A stretch of 63,762 bases of DNA, filler included. It is 12 parts of 12 records of this genome, joined end to end, with 100 filler letters (N's around TTAATTAATTAA, not from the genome) between each part and the next. Parts side by side here need not be neighbours in the genome. Positions count along the whole stretch, not along the records: positions 45,721 to 49,123 come from SRR15195285_3276; positions 49,224 to 54,210 come from SRR15195285_3277; positions 54,311 to 59,954 come from SRR15195285_3278; positions 60,055 to 63,762 come from SRR15195285_3282; 8 more parts are not named here. One strand, written 5' to 3'. The notes beneath the pieces were generated by a model. That model did not search any database and was not told the DNA's origin. It worked only from the letters and a program-made list of their open reading frames with translations. The position numbers were made by a program, and so were the translations under genes. Of this stretch, positions 48,801 through 61,172 are shown one piece after another (position 1 is the first letter of the stretch; the number at the start of each line of letters is the position of its first letter).

Positions 48801-49017
48801 CCATGTGGTAAATTAACCACTTGTCCCGCCCCGCAGCGCTCGTGGCCGGCCGAAAGTAGAACGCAGGCGCGCTGCCATCCAGACAGCGCGCGAGTGGGAA
48901 GCGCCCGCGGTCGACGAGTCGCAGCCTTGCTGCAGGGGGCTCTACTGAGCGGTTCATTTGCGACAGTGTCACTACTGTCAGCGCCACCAGCGTCAGCGGC
49001 GCCACCAGGAACCCCAT
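45823..49017 (-). CDS. Secreted pectin-acetylesterase (Notum/PAE family) with ricin-B-like insert, fused to EGF + GH43-like beta-propeller
   Basis: ARCLDGSAPAFY, KWLIYHMGGDFC, WNWVYMVYC/DG (intron 48515-48592), GCSSGG, DSCHRHC. The second part has CSYNG...CKCAPQWKG, STWGG, YHMFAS, HAVSNSPIGPY, EDPFVY and RERP. Confidence 0.85.
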
Positions 49018-49223
49018 GGGGGACGACAACCCGTGCCTTGTATCCAGCTCCCTCCACCCTCCTTGAAGTGGTGCTTGCGCCAATAACTGAACGGCTGGCC
49101 TTGTCTCCAGCTCCCTCCACCCGNNNNNNNNNNNNNNNNNNNNNNNNNNNNNNNNNNNNNNNNNNNNTTAATTAATTAANNNNNNNNNNNNNNNNNNNNN
49201 NNNNNNNNNNNNNNNNNNNNNNN

Positions 49224-49672
49224 GTCTCGGCGAGCTTGCTGTGATCGCGCAAGAGCGTCCCGGAGTACACTTCAAGCGCACACGGTCGGCCTATGCTTGC
49301 AGCAGCCGCGCGTTTGCGATGCTCTATGCACTGACGTATCGCGACCTGCAGGAGCTGCGGCAGAACAACCCACAAATCGACGTGGCAATACACGCCGCTG
49401 CACAAAACCTTAGGAAGCATCGGCCGTCGCTGTTCGCCACCGATGACAACGCGACTGCCGTGCGAGCGGTACATGGTGGACCTGACCGAAACGCAGGCAT
49501 CGATGCCGGTGTGGCAGCTTTAGCAGCGAGAGTAGAGAGCTTAGAGACGGAGGTTCGCTCGGGGATGTCTACAATGCGTGACGACATCACAAATCTCCAA
49601 AGTAGCATCGATGAGGGTATCGCAAAACTGCACACCCAGCTCGAAGCAGCGTTGAGAGACGGTGGCAAGTGA
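49224..49672 (+). CDS. C-terminal end of a cyclic-nucleotide-binding-domain protein (probably a CNBD ion channel); 5'-partial
   Basis: LGELAVI...RTRSAYA...LYALTYRDLQEL...P, followed by a coiled coil. Confidence 0.7.
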
Positions 49673-50132
49673 ATGAGGCAAGTGATGGTGTCCACCGAAG
49701 GCTACCACAATCCTTGGGACGACTGCTCGTGGATTCAAGTATGAAGCGTTTGTTCCCACTCGCAACGTGGGGCCTTCACATGGTCATAGCACAGCACATG
49801 CAGTAGAGAGCACTGCCGCGACGATTTCTGCCGATATAGCTCAATCGGTGGCACAGTTGCAAGCTTGCACAGTACCATCAATTCAGCTCTGTTAGAGCTC
49901 TGCAGATCACGATGAATGCTGCCGCAAACTCGGAACGCAGTCCGAAGCTTGCATGAATATCGTGTGGACTTTCCCCACTACCCAGTGTTCTGATTCCTAT
50001 CTGAATGGGTGTTGACAAAATAATGCAGTGTGCCTAGACATGGATCATTGTGGTTTATACCAAGCAATGTAATACCCATACGTCTCCAAGGCGCATGCGT
50101 CCATTCAGAATCAGTGTGGCACTCGCAGGTCT

Positions 50133-53100
50133 TCATGTCTGGAGAACCGGGCTCCACTGAGAATTGCCATCGAAATTCTCTGCTTCCACATACTCATCTC
50201 CATCGTATGGTGGTGGCGAAGCAACTCCCTGTGGGGACCTGTGTCGCTGTCGCGAGCCATCATGCCGGCGTGCCGGCCCGTTATATGGCCCAGCTTCATC
50301 TTCTTCGTGCAGCGAAGGCTCCGGCGACACCGGCCAATCAACCACCCGTACTGATCGAGATGCATCTCTTCTTAAGTCTCCACTCGCCCATGCATCGCGG
50401 ACGGCATAGTCGCCGTCTTCGCCTGCGCTATCGTCTCCGTAAGCTTCGCCGCGTCCGTCATTGTAGTCGTTGTACTCGTCTCTTGCCGAGTGCGACCGCA
50501 GACTGCCCGGATGAGGACGATCCGGGCCATGCATTTGCAAGGCTTCTGCGGACGAACCAACCTGATTACGCTGCCTCAATTCTGGTAGCGATCGATCACT
50601 CTCACCACCAGCGTCCTCTCTCGGCGGCGATCGGCGACGATTGTTCCGCGCGTTCGGCTTTGGCTCAGCACTGCGCACGCGCTGACGTCGTGGTTCTACA
50701 GGAACCTGAGGCTGCTGGTACGGATTCAGCGCCGGTAGCCCGCCACCCCGCCTGCCGCCACCGCGGCGCATTTTGGCACTACCACGACCACCACGCCCAG
50801 CTGCGCCATTCCGCCCCGTTGCGCTTCTGCCACCCTGACGACGTCCAGAGTTGCGGTTCGTACGATCCTGAATAGGAGGAGGGCTCCTGCTCCCTCCACG
50901 TCGTTGCCTTGCGGAACCACCCGGTATCGTGCTCGGCCCTGGTCCCTCAGGACCTCCCATATCCGGGAACCCGCCACCGAGCTTGATGCAGGCAAGGTGT
51001 GTCGTCTCCATCTGCTTAACCCAAGGGTGCCACTCCTCGATGCACTTTTTTCCAATTGCCAGTGCCTGTGCGCTACTTTCTGAAGCCTCTGTCACCAGGT
51101 TGCAGCACAGCTGCTGTACTGAAATGTTGTGATAACAGATCGCCAGGGCTGCCTGAATTGTGTCTGCCACCTCATCTTCTGCCTCATCCTGTCCTTGCTT
51201 GCCCTTGCCTCCCTTGCCAGTCTTCGGATCGGCTTTCACCATAGGTTCATTGAACTCTTCTCCTAGCTCCGCAGCCTCCTGCTTGCGCAGCTGCTGCTCA
51301 GCCTGGAAAAGAATCAACGATTGCTCCGCTAGCTTCAGCGCCTCCTCATGGCGTGCCAGCTTGGCTAGTACGTTTGAGAAGTGTAAGCAAGTCTTCGCAA
51401 CGAAATCGCGCTGCTTCAGCCGCTGGTCTTGCCAGAGTGACTTCTCGATGTACTGAAGGGCGGCTAGCGGCTTATTCCGTCTGTAGAAGTACTGAGCCAT
51501 GTTGTTCGCCGTCTCCTTATCAAACTTCAGCCATATCAACTTGACACCCATGTCATCTTCGAGCGCTGTTGCGTCCATCTTGAACGGGTTAGCCTCCTCG
51601 GCCAGCAGCTGCGCACGCGTTTCCTTCTTGGGTCTCTTCTTCTTCCCCCCCGGACCCCGTCGTCCCTCTGGGTTGTCACCTTCGCCACCCTCGCCAGGAG
51701 CGGAGGCCTCAATCTGCGAATACATGTCGAGCATGAACTCCTTGTAGTTGCCATACTTCTGTTCGAATAGAAACCGTTCCCTAGCAGCTATCTTGCGCCC
51801 CAAAATTCCGCGCCACACCGCCTGGACCTTGGTTGCAGCGTTGTGCAGCGGCAAGCGCTTGATGTGTTGTACCCGGAACCAACGCTGCATGCGGATTGCT
51901 GCCTCTCGGCGTTTGCCACGAAGCTCAATAATTGCACCCTTCCGCTTTCTCCGTCGGCCGATCTCAACTTTCGCACGATTCCCACGCCACATGCCTTGGA
52001 TGGCCGTGGCAGCACGATGTCGACGTCGCATTCTCTTTCTGAACCAGCGCTGGATTTGAAACGCTGAGCACCAGTGGTACATGTCCCGAAGGATTGCCTG
52101 TCGGCATTGTCGCCCACGCCACATTGCCTGGATACTCGCAGCAGCCCGATTTTCTTTGTTGCCTTTAAGATTCATGGCCTGCCGCCTACCTTGCCAGCCC
52201 CTGAAAACTGACTGCAGCTTGGTCGCGTAGACATCGACTCGCTTCTTGCGCACGTACTCACGCGCAATGTAGCCACGAAAGGCAGATTGCACCGTGCCTG
52301 CCATCATCTCCCAGCGGGACACGCGTCTTTTGACTGCAAAGGCGCGGAATTTTGTCTGAATACGGGTGGCCGCGTCGGACAGAGCCTGCGTTTCAAGGTA
52401 CGCGGCTAGATAGTTGCGAGTATAATGTCCACGGAAATGCCTCTGGATTTCACGCGCGGAAAATTCCCTCAGATATGGTCCAGTACGACAGAGCCACCCA
52501 CGCCACACTGCCTGAATTTTGATCGAAGCCAACTGTCTCCGCATATTCCGTCGCGATTTCCAGCCACGCGCGAACGATTGCATCGTAAGTGCAGCATCCA
52601 TGCGTTGATTTAGTCTGATCCGATCGGCTTCCGCGTTCAACCTGCGTTGCTCCAGCAGCAAGGGGAATACGATGCTCCGCGTAAGGAATCCTCGGAAAAC
52701 TTTCTGCATCGTGATCGCGCTCTTCACTTTCAACGCCTCAGCTGCTTTCATCATCCGTGCTGCCTCAGCCTTGGCTTGCTCTTCCCTCTCGACCTTGGCC
52801 TGGGCTTCCTCCTCCTTTTGGATCTGAATCTCGTACTTCTTCCGCTCTTCACGCTTGCGCCTACGCTCTCGGATCTCTCGCTCGCGCTCACGCCGTGCTC
52901 GATCGCGCGCCTTCGCACGTGCGATGCGTACCCGCACGCGAAACCCGCGAAACGCGGCCTGAATTCTGATGGCTGCGCGGCTTCGCTTCAGCCACATCCT
53001 TAGCAACCAGCCCCGAACGGCCCGCTGCATGGCGCATGCTGCGTCATGCTCGGTTTTCATTACATTCAGCAGTTCACGAGCCATATATCCTCGCCACATT

Positions 53101-54210
53101 GTCTGGATGTAGGTGGCTGAATCTCGCTCGGTGACCTCCTTCTCTCGCTCAGCCAGGCTGTTTGTCAAGCTATCCATCAAGATAGCAAGGCGCTTCACGA
53201 TGTACTGTTTTTCCTTCTTCTTCTGCCGGCTTAAGTGCCACCTCCACGCTAGCTGAATTTTTGCCGCTGCAACGTGCGTCCGCCTAGACAGCAGGCGCAT
53301 TCGTTTCCGAAACATGCGGCGCCGGAACGCTCTTTGCACCATAACAGCTGCAGCTGACTGCATCCTCATCATCAACTCTTGCCTCGCTTGCATCTTCCTT
53401 TGCCGCTTTTCAGCGCGAGCCTTCGCTTTCAACACGCGTGGATCTGCCTGCTGCTCCCTGGCCTCTTGCTCTAGCCTCTCCCGCTCAATCATGTCAGCCT
53501 TTGTCCTTCTCGCATCTCCCCGCTTCCCTGCACTCTGAGCTGCCACGCCCATATCGTGCGCCATGAGTTCACCTGTCGCCTGTGCCTTCTGCTCCTTCAA
53601 GCGGCCGAGCTTGTTGTCGAACTTCTCCTTTTCCATTGCCTGGAACATCTTAAACTTCATCGCGTCGGACACCTCTGGCCGCCACTGCCATTTCTGCTTC
53701 GCGGCCCGCTGGATCGTGATCACAGCGTTGGTGCGGGGGCTGTGGCCTAAAATTTTCTTCCCAAAAATCTTCTCGAGCTGAGCTATCTGCTTTTTTCTGC
53801 GCATTTCCATCTTAAAGCGATAGATCGACTGGATGCGCGAAGCAGCCGCGTTCTCTGTTTCCCACTCCAGCTGCTTGCCAATCTCGTCACGTTTCCGTAG
53901 AAATTCCCGGCGGATCTGCTTGCCACGCCACATTCGTTGCACCGTGATCGCGGCAACCAGCTCGCTGACATTCTGGATGACCATCCGCCGCAATCGCCTC
54001 CCGCGGAAACGCGCCTGAATTTTCGTGGCGTATTTCTCCAACTTCTGAGCGTGCGCTCGACGCCGTGCCATCTTGGCCCGAAAGACAGCCTGCAGCTTTG
54101 ACGCCGCCCAGAACGTCACCTCGGCGTGTTTCTCGATCTCCGCGTTCATTTTTCTGCGCCCGATCTTGCCGCGCCACACGGACTGAATTTTGGTCGCAGC
54201 TTTGGACTTC
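50133..54210 (-). CDS. IQ-motif-rich calmodulin-binding protein with TPR-like region; 5'-partial
   Basis: More than 20 IQxxxRGxxxR-like motifs. TPR-like segments NNMAQYFYRRNKPLAALQY, LHFSNVLAKLARHEEAL and AICYHNI. Confidence 0.88.
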
Positions 54211-54483
54211 NNNNNNNNNNNNNNNNNNNNNNNNNNNNNNNNNNNNNNNNNNNNTTAATTAATTAANNNNNNNNNNNNNNNNNNNNNNNNNNNNNNNNNN
54301 NNNNNNNNNNACATGTCATTTTTCGGCGAAATTGACCATACAGTATGGTGTCATGTGACGGCGATCATCCATACGCTGGACTTCGGCTTATGGTTATGCC
54401 CAGGTTCCAACGGTTCCTGGGTTCCGCGTTCCTCCGCCATCAGCAGCACCAGAGACTGAGCGGGGGGCGGGCGCGAAGATACG

Positions 54484-57400
54484 ATGCACTGGACTCGCCC
54501 AATGGTGGCGTTGCTGCTGGCGGCTGCTTTTGCTACCCTGCCCGCCCTTGATGCAGCCCAGCAGGCTGGCGCTGCTGGGCGTGAAGACGTCAACTTTAAC
54601 TTCGGCTGGACCCATCGCTATGGGCTGCACCCCGAACCGCCCCTCCCGCCGTGAGCGCCATCACGCTGTCCAGTGGCAGCTCCTGCTGACCCCTGTTCGG
54701 TCGGCACTTACTGTACGATGCATAGCTATGATTGTATGTAAATCGTGTGCCATGTACGTATTGCTGATAGGCCGGGGCCGCCGCCCACACCGGCTCCGTG
54801 TACCCCGGGGACATTCAAGTTCAACGCAACCGGGTGAGACCTATCCGCCTCCTTTTACGGCCTCACCGCAGCTCTGTTTCAGATGACACAGCTTACCACA
54901 CTGTTGCAATGATGTGGGATTGGTGCGTCGCCCACTAGCTTGGACTGCTCGGGCCTCGCCAAGAACGCGGGCGGTGACGCGTCCGCCAAGCTCTGCGAGC
55001 AGGCTTGCTGCGCGCAGCCGACGTGCAACATATGGCAGTGGGCACCAGGCGGCGGCAACGCAAACGGCTGCTGGATGGGAGATGCCAGCTGTGGCAGCAC
55101 ACCGGATAAAGGCCACGCCGAGTGGGTCGGCGGAGCGCGGCACAAACCTTCGGGCGGTGGCCCGTCTCCGAGTCCTGGCGGTGGTCCAGGAGCGGACCCT
55201 CCCGAGGCGCAGCCCAAATTCGATGCTTCCAGCTGGGAGAAGATTGCGACACCACACGACTCTGTGCGCTCTATCCTCAACCACGTTTTGGCCTCACCTC
55301 TCAGATGCCACAGTAAACGCTGGTGAACCGCGCTCAGGTCATGTCAGATGGTGCCCTTGGCGCTGTGGCAAACAAAGATCTGTGCGCAACTGGTTGCTCC
55401 GGCCGATCATATCTCCCCCGCAGAGAGAGTTGGTACCGCAAGGAGTTCAATCTCCCCAGCGATTACACGGGCTCATCGGTATGGCTGTGGTTCGAGGGCG
55501 TGTTCCGTGACTCGTACATCTTCCTGAATGGCGAGCAGATCTACTATCACGACTGTGGTTACACTTCGTACGTGCTGTCTCGTGTCGTATCCCGCATGTG
55601 TCGCGCCGTCGTCTGACGCCATGGTGCCACGACCACTGTACAACTATACAGCTTTCCGGTGCGTATCGACAATGCAACGAGTGTTGTCAAAGGTGGCAAG
55701 AATATTCTAGCAGTCTTCGTTGATCCAAACACCGGAAAATCGGGCTGGTGGTACGAGGGCGGCGGCATCTATCGCAACGTTCACCTCGTCAGGACGAATC
55801 ACATGTGAGCTGATGCGATTTCAACCAGTCACTTTGCACGATTAAGCAGTCACTTTGAGAATCGCACACTTGCGTACACTGTGCAGACTCAACTGCTGTC
55901 TGCGTTGCATTGCATGTATGGTGGCTTCAGCCATATTGAACAAGATGGCCTATTCGCTTACTCCAACATCAGCGGTCTGATGCAAGAAAGGGCCAGCCCT
56001 GCACTCGGGATGTTCGCAGAGTCCGCTGTCCTGCATGCTTCTGCATCAGTCGTCAACGACGGTTCGTCCGCTGCAGAGATCTGCGCGACATTTTCTCTGA
56101 CTGATGAAACCGGGAAGTCTGTCGGCTCTGTGACATCACAGAAGTCTCCACTAGCCTCTGGTCAAACAGTGACGCTCAAAGGCGATATAACGGTCACTGC
56201 TCCCGAGCTCTGGACCAGTCCAAAGCCATTTCTCTACAACCTCACAGCAACGATCACGTCGTGTGGATCTAGTGATACCGTGGCAACCCCACTGGACGTG
56301 CTGTCCACCTCGACTGGTTTCCGCGATCTGCGCTACGATGCCGACTCTGGTTTCTACCTGAATGAAAAGCACTACAAAGTTAGAGGCTTCTGCGACCACA
56401 ACGACCTCGCCAATGTGGGCATGGCTGTGACCGACCGGCTTCACCTTTTCAGGGCACAGGCAAGCCGATCGGTAGGAGGAAACGGCAGGCGTACGAGCCA
56501 TAATCCCGCGGCACCAATTATGTTGGACATCTATGATCGGATCGGTATAACCGTCATGGACGAGAATCGCGAGTTTGATGTGAGTGCTTTATGCAGTGAT
56601 ATCTCGTCTGTACGCTCGCAAGCTTACAAGAGTGCGGTGTGTTGGCCAGAACAACACCGAGTACGTGAACAACATGGGCGCGATGGTAAAACGTGATCGG
56701 AATCATCCCAGTATAATCATCTGGTCTTTCTGTGAGTTGCGCAATTATCCACCTCTAGGCCAACAACAAGCCTACTGTTCTGAGCGTGTGTCTCCCGGTT
56801 GTTGACAGGCAACGAAGCTGGATGCGAAGGGCGTTTGGAGGCTGGAGGGCCAAGATTCAAGGAGATCACGTATGCCGAGGATGGCAGCCGACCGGTACTC
56901 GCAAACATGTTCACGTTCAACGACCTGCTGTCCAAGACGATTGATGTGCAAGGGTTCAGCCATCAAAGCCGCGCCAAGCTCGACTCGTGCCACGACCAGA
57001 TGCCAGACAAGCCTATTTTCATGTCGGAGTGCTGCAGCTGTAACACACAGCGAGACGAAAATACAGGTATCGAGAGCTCAGACGGCCGTTCGAACGCCGT
57101 CCAAAAGAGCTTCAATGCCGACTGTGTGCAGTCACAAACCAATGCATCAAACGGAGCCGACTACGCAGTTGGGACAATGGTCTGGACTCTTTTTGATGTA
57201 AGCTTGTTTCTCCGTGCATCATCGCAGCAAATGCCCAAAATGACCCTGGATTCTGCTGTGATATCCAGTACTATGGGGAGCCATCTGGTGCTTGGCCTCA
57301 CACAACTTCGTCTTTTGGGCAATTCGATCTCTGTGGTACGCGCGTCCCATACACGTCTTCTGTCGCTACACTTGACATGCTTCATTGTCATCTGTTTTGG

Positions 57401-58313
57401 ACATGCAGGCTTTCCCAAAGCGGCAAGCTACTGGTACCAAGCATACTGGTTGCGACAGATCGACGATAGCTCTGGCGACAAGACATTCCCGACAGAAGGA
57501 GAGCATATGGTGCACATTGTTCAGTCTTGGGACAAGACCAACCTGGACCCACAGAAACCTACCGCCAATATTACGATCCAAGTCTACTCGGATGCTCCTT
57601 CTGTAGAGCTGTTCGTCAATGATATGTCCGCCGGCAAGCGAGAGCTGCATTCTGTTGCACCTCTCTTGGCTAATGGCGATACTTGGGCTGTTTGGAGCGT
57701 TGCATATTCTCCAGGGAACCTCACAGCTGTCGCATACGATAGCAGTGGAGCACTAGCAGCACAGCACACTCGCCTGACGTCAGGAGAGGCGGTCAAGATT
57801 GAGCTTACCATTGATGTCCCGTCGCCGCTCACTGGCACAGGCTCAGCTTTGGTCCTCGACGGATCGGATACTGCGCTGCTTCGCGCCTCGATTGTTGATG
57901 CAAAAGGGGTTGTCGCTCACATGGCCGCGGACAACGTGACGTTTTCCATAATATCGGGCCCCGGCCGTGTGGTCGGCGCGCATAACGGGGACCAGGCATC
58001 GCATGAGCCCAACCATTCACCATGGCATTCTGCGTACCATGGCCTGGTCCGCGGCACGATCATGGTGACTGAGGACCGGGCGACACCGACGTGGCATCGC
58101 CGACGTATGCTTGAGATCGATTCGGCTGGCACTGTTATGGTTTCTGATGAGGAGCTTGGTGCTAGCGCTCCAACGCCACCGATTGTGGTCGAGGCTACAG
58201 CGCCTGGACTCAAATCGATGCAAATATCGATCCCGACGAGCGTCAACGTGGCAGCCGATGGTGTGCTTGCCGTTGCGGCCAAGGGAGCTGGAAAGAAGGT
58301 GGTATTCAATTGA
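54484..58313 (+). CDS. GH2 beta-galactosidase with PAN/Apple insertion; secreted, multi-exon
   Basis: Signal peptide, [82 protein letters not shown], and C-terminal Ig-like domains. Confidence 0.95.
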
Positions 58314-58463
58314 GCCGTGAGCTGAACAGGATGACTAGGTAGGGATGTGGCCTTGGAGCAAGAGGTTGTGACGATACCAATCAAGATTGTTGTGGTATTT
58401 TTTGCCCGCTGGGCCACAATCACTCACTCTCGTCGTGCCTCTACTAGCACAATCATGTATAAT

Positions 58464-59346
58464 CTATGGCGCTCGCGTCCGGTTGTACTGAGCCAGTAGT
58501 CCATGGTACTGCTCTCGGATGTGAGCCCTTCGCGAAGTGATCTCGGCGCTTTCTTCTTGCTGCGCGAACCCGATGACGCAGAACCCGATGCGTGCACCGG
58601 CCGATAAATCACCTCCTGGGCCTTCTTCACGCACGCAGTTATCTTCCAGGGCGTGTACAACTGCGGCGCGACCAATTACAGAGATCGCTCCCTGCAGGCC
58701 CACGCACCCAGCACAAGGAAATCCAGGGTCATCTGCGGATGCGCTAAGCTGTGATGAAACCATGATGCACGGAGAATGCGGCGTACGTCGAGAAAGATCA
58801 GCTCATTAGTACGCTCACTGTAGAATCCAGTACCGTTGTCGCCGACAATTATGTTGCCCATATCGCCCACCTTGCGTGCCTCGCCAGGAACTTCGCCGGG
58901 GGGCGTTGGGTAGCACCCGTGCTGCGGAACACAAGGCATGCCCATAGTAAGCAGAGCAGGTCGGTGTCAGAGACCGCTATCAGTCTGAGCAGGTCGCTCG
59001 AGAGCGCACGCTGCGAGCGAACCGTGCAGCATGGACGCACGATCTCGTCAAGTGGGTTGTAGTGAGGACCAGTCGATGTTCCCGTCTCAGTGTTGGACAG
59101 GTCACCAAAATCGTGAATATGTATGCCGTGCAGTCCCGGCGTCATTCCCTCGGTGATCACGTCAGTCGTTGCGCCGACGCCGGGAACATATGTGATGTAC
59201 ATCGTGCCGCTCGAGATGCCACCGCCCTCCACCTCCTGAGTTGTGGCATTGAAATGGCAGGTGGCCTCGATCTTGCCCGGCGCCATCTGCCCTTCTGCCC
59301 CGGCAGCGCACAGCCCAACGAGAGTCGCAGCGCGTAGCAGCATCAT
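58464..59346 (-). CDS. Secreted Cu/Zn-family superoxide dismutase
   Basis: Signal peptide, [44 protein letters not shown]. Introns at 58922-59040 and 58692-58786 keep the frame. Confidence 0.92.
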
Positions 59347-60159
59347 CGTGTCAACAGTGCACAGCAACTACAGTATCCAGCCGAACCGCGAGCGCGCCTC
59401 GTACCAGTATCCGCCGCCGCGCCGGCGCGGCAGCAGCGGCATCCGCGGCGCGCGCGGCCGGCCATGCATTATTGATGATAGCATCGCATCCGCGCGCGCG
59501 TGCATCGCCGTAGGATCCTAATCGCCGGCAATGAAACTTGAGAAAAAGAAAATGAGATCATCGCGTTTACCGGGTACATGTACAGCTGTGCAAACTACAA
59601 TGAAGCGCCGGAGTGCATTCAAAACAAACTTGAAAAGCAAGTGTACACCAATCAATTCCTATTCCAGTAATTCTGGATACAATTACCGGTACGTTCTCAA
59701 ATGAGCTCTTGGGTCGAATTTGCCAGTGAAGCAGTCCGTTCTAACATTGTGGTGCAACAAACGGGTCTGTGGTGGCCGCCACTGCGCTGTGCGGCGGCGG
59801 CGCGATCCGCCGATACGATCCCGTGCGTGCCCGCCGCCGGCCGGCGGCGGCGCGCATGCATGCGCACGCAGCGAGAATGCGGCTGCTGGATACTCCAAAC
59901 TGGATCAGCACTTGCCAAAGCATCACACAATCGATCGCTCCTCACGTGTTGCCTNNNNNNNNNNNNNNNNNNNNNNNNNNNNNNNNNNNNNNNNNNNNTT
60001 AATTAATTAANNNNNNNNNNNNNNNNNNNNNNNNNNNNNNNNNNNNNNNNNNNNATTCAATTCGTTCCGGCACTTCACTTCAGCCTGCACCCAAAAACAC
60101 CATTGCCACGACCACAAAAAACCCCATTGGCTGTCTATCTGTGCAGCGCGCGCTTGTAC

Positions 60160-60282
60160 GTGTGTGTGTGTGTGTGTGTGTGTTTGTGAGTTGGTGTGAT
60201 TGATGGGGTTGGGCTGCCCGTCCCTCTCTCTCGATCTCTCTCTCTCTCTTTCTCCATGGCTTTCTCTCTCCCTCCCGCTCTC
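60160..60282. repeat. (GT)n and (CT)n microsatellites in the presumed first intron of VPS29
   Basis: Read directly; they lie upstream of the acceptor at 60402. Confidence 0.8.
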
Positions 60283-60402
60283 TGCGTGTATGGCCGCTGT
60301 GTATACAGCGCTGGGCGGCACCCGTTGACCGTGCTCGGCAGCACAGTAGGCAGTAGAGGTAGAGGTTGTCGTCGTTGGTTGACAGTCGCTTGTGCTTTGC
60401 AG

Positions 60403-61004
60403 GTGCCACACCGGACGGCAGACATGCCCGAGCGCTTCAAGAAGCTCTTGGTGCGTACTCGCAGCTGCCAGCGCGTGCTCTCTATGTGACTCTGCCACAG
60501 CTATATCCTGAGCGCAACCCCGCTGCGCAGGTGCCAGGCAAGATCCAGCACGTCTTGTGCACGGGCAATCTCTGCTCCCAGGAGATGATGGAGTATCTCA
60601 GATCAGTGTGCCCAGACGTGCACGTAGTCAAGGGTGACATGGACGAGGACCCTGGGCTTCCGGAAGACAAGGTGGTCACCATAGGACAGTTCAAGATTGG
60701 GCTCTGCCACGGGCACCAGATCGTCCCTTGGGGCGAGAAGGAGGCGCTGGCCATCAAGCGGCGGCAGCTTGACGTAGACATCCTCGTCACAGGACATACG
60801 CACAAGTTCGAGTGTGAGGAGCACGAGGGCAAGCTGCTTCTAAACCCTGGCAGCGCGACGGGTGCTTATTCTGGGCACACGAACGAGGTAAAACCTGGCT
60901 TTCTGCTGATGGATGTCAAAGGCTCGGACGTGACCACCTACGTCTACTCGCTCACCCCCGACGGCGAAGTTAAAGTGGACAAGAGCCCTTACTCGAAGAA
61001 GTAG
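60403..61004 (+). CDS. VPS29: Retromer subunit VPS29; first exon missing
   Basis: VPHR...FKKLL/VPGKIQHVLCTGNL, VKGDMD, CHGHQIVPWG, GHTHKF, NPGSATGAY. Intron at 60451-60530. Confidence 0.97.
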
Positions 61005-61172
61005 GTAGATAGATCGATCATGTAAACCTGGGCGCTAGGCTCCGCATTCCGGGCGCGGTTTCGACAGCGAATGGTGGCGCTCCCGTCCCATCACGTGTTC
61101 ATCGGAAAACAATGACCACTTTGTTAGGAGAGTGGCCTCTCTTACACCCACGCACACGCTCAGTTGAGCTCC

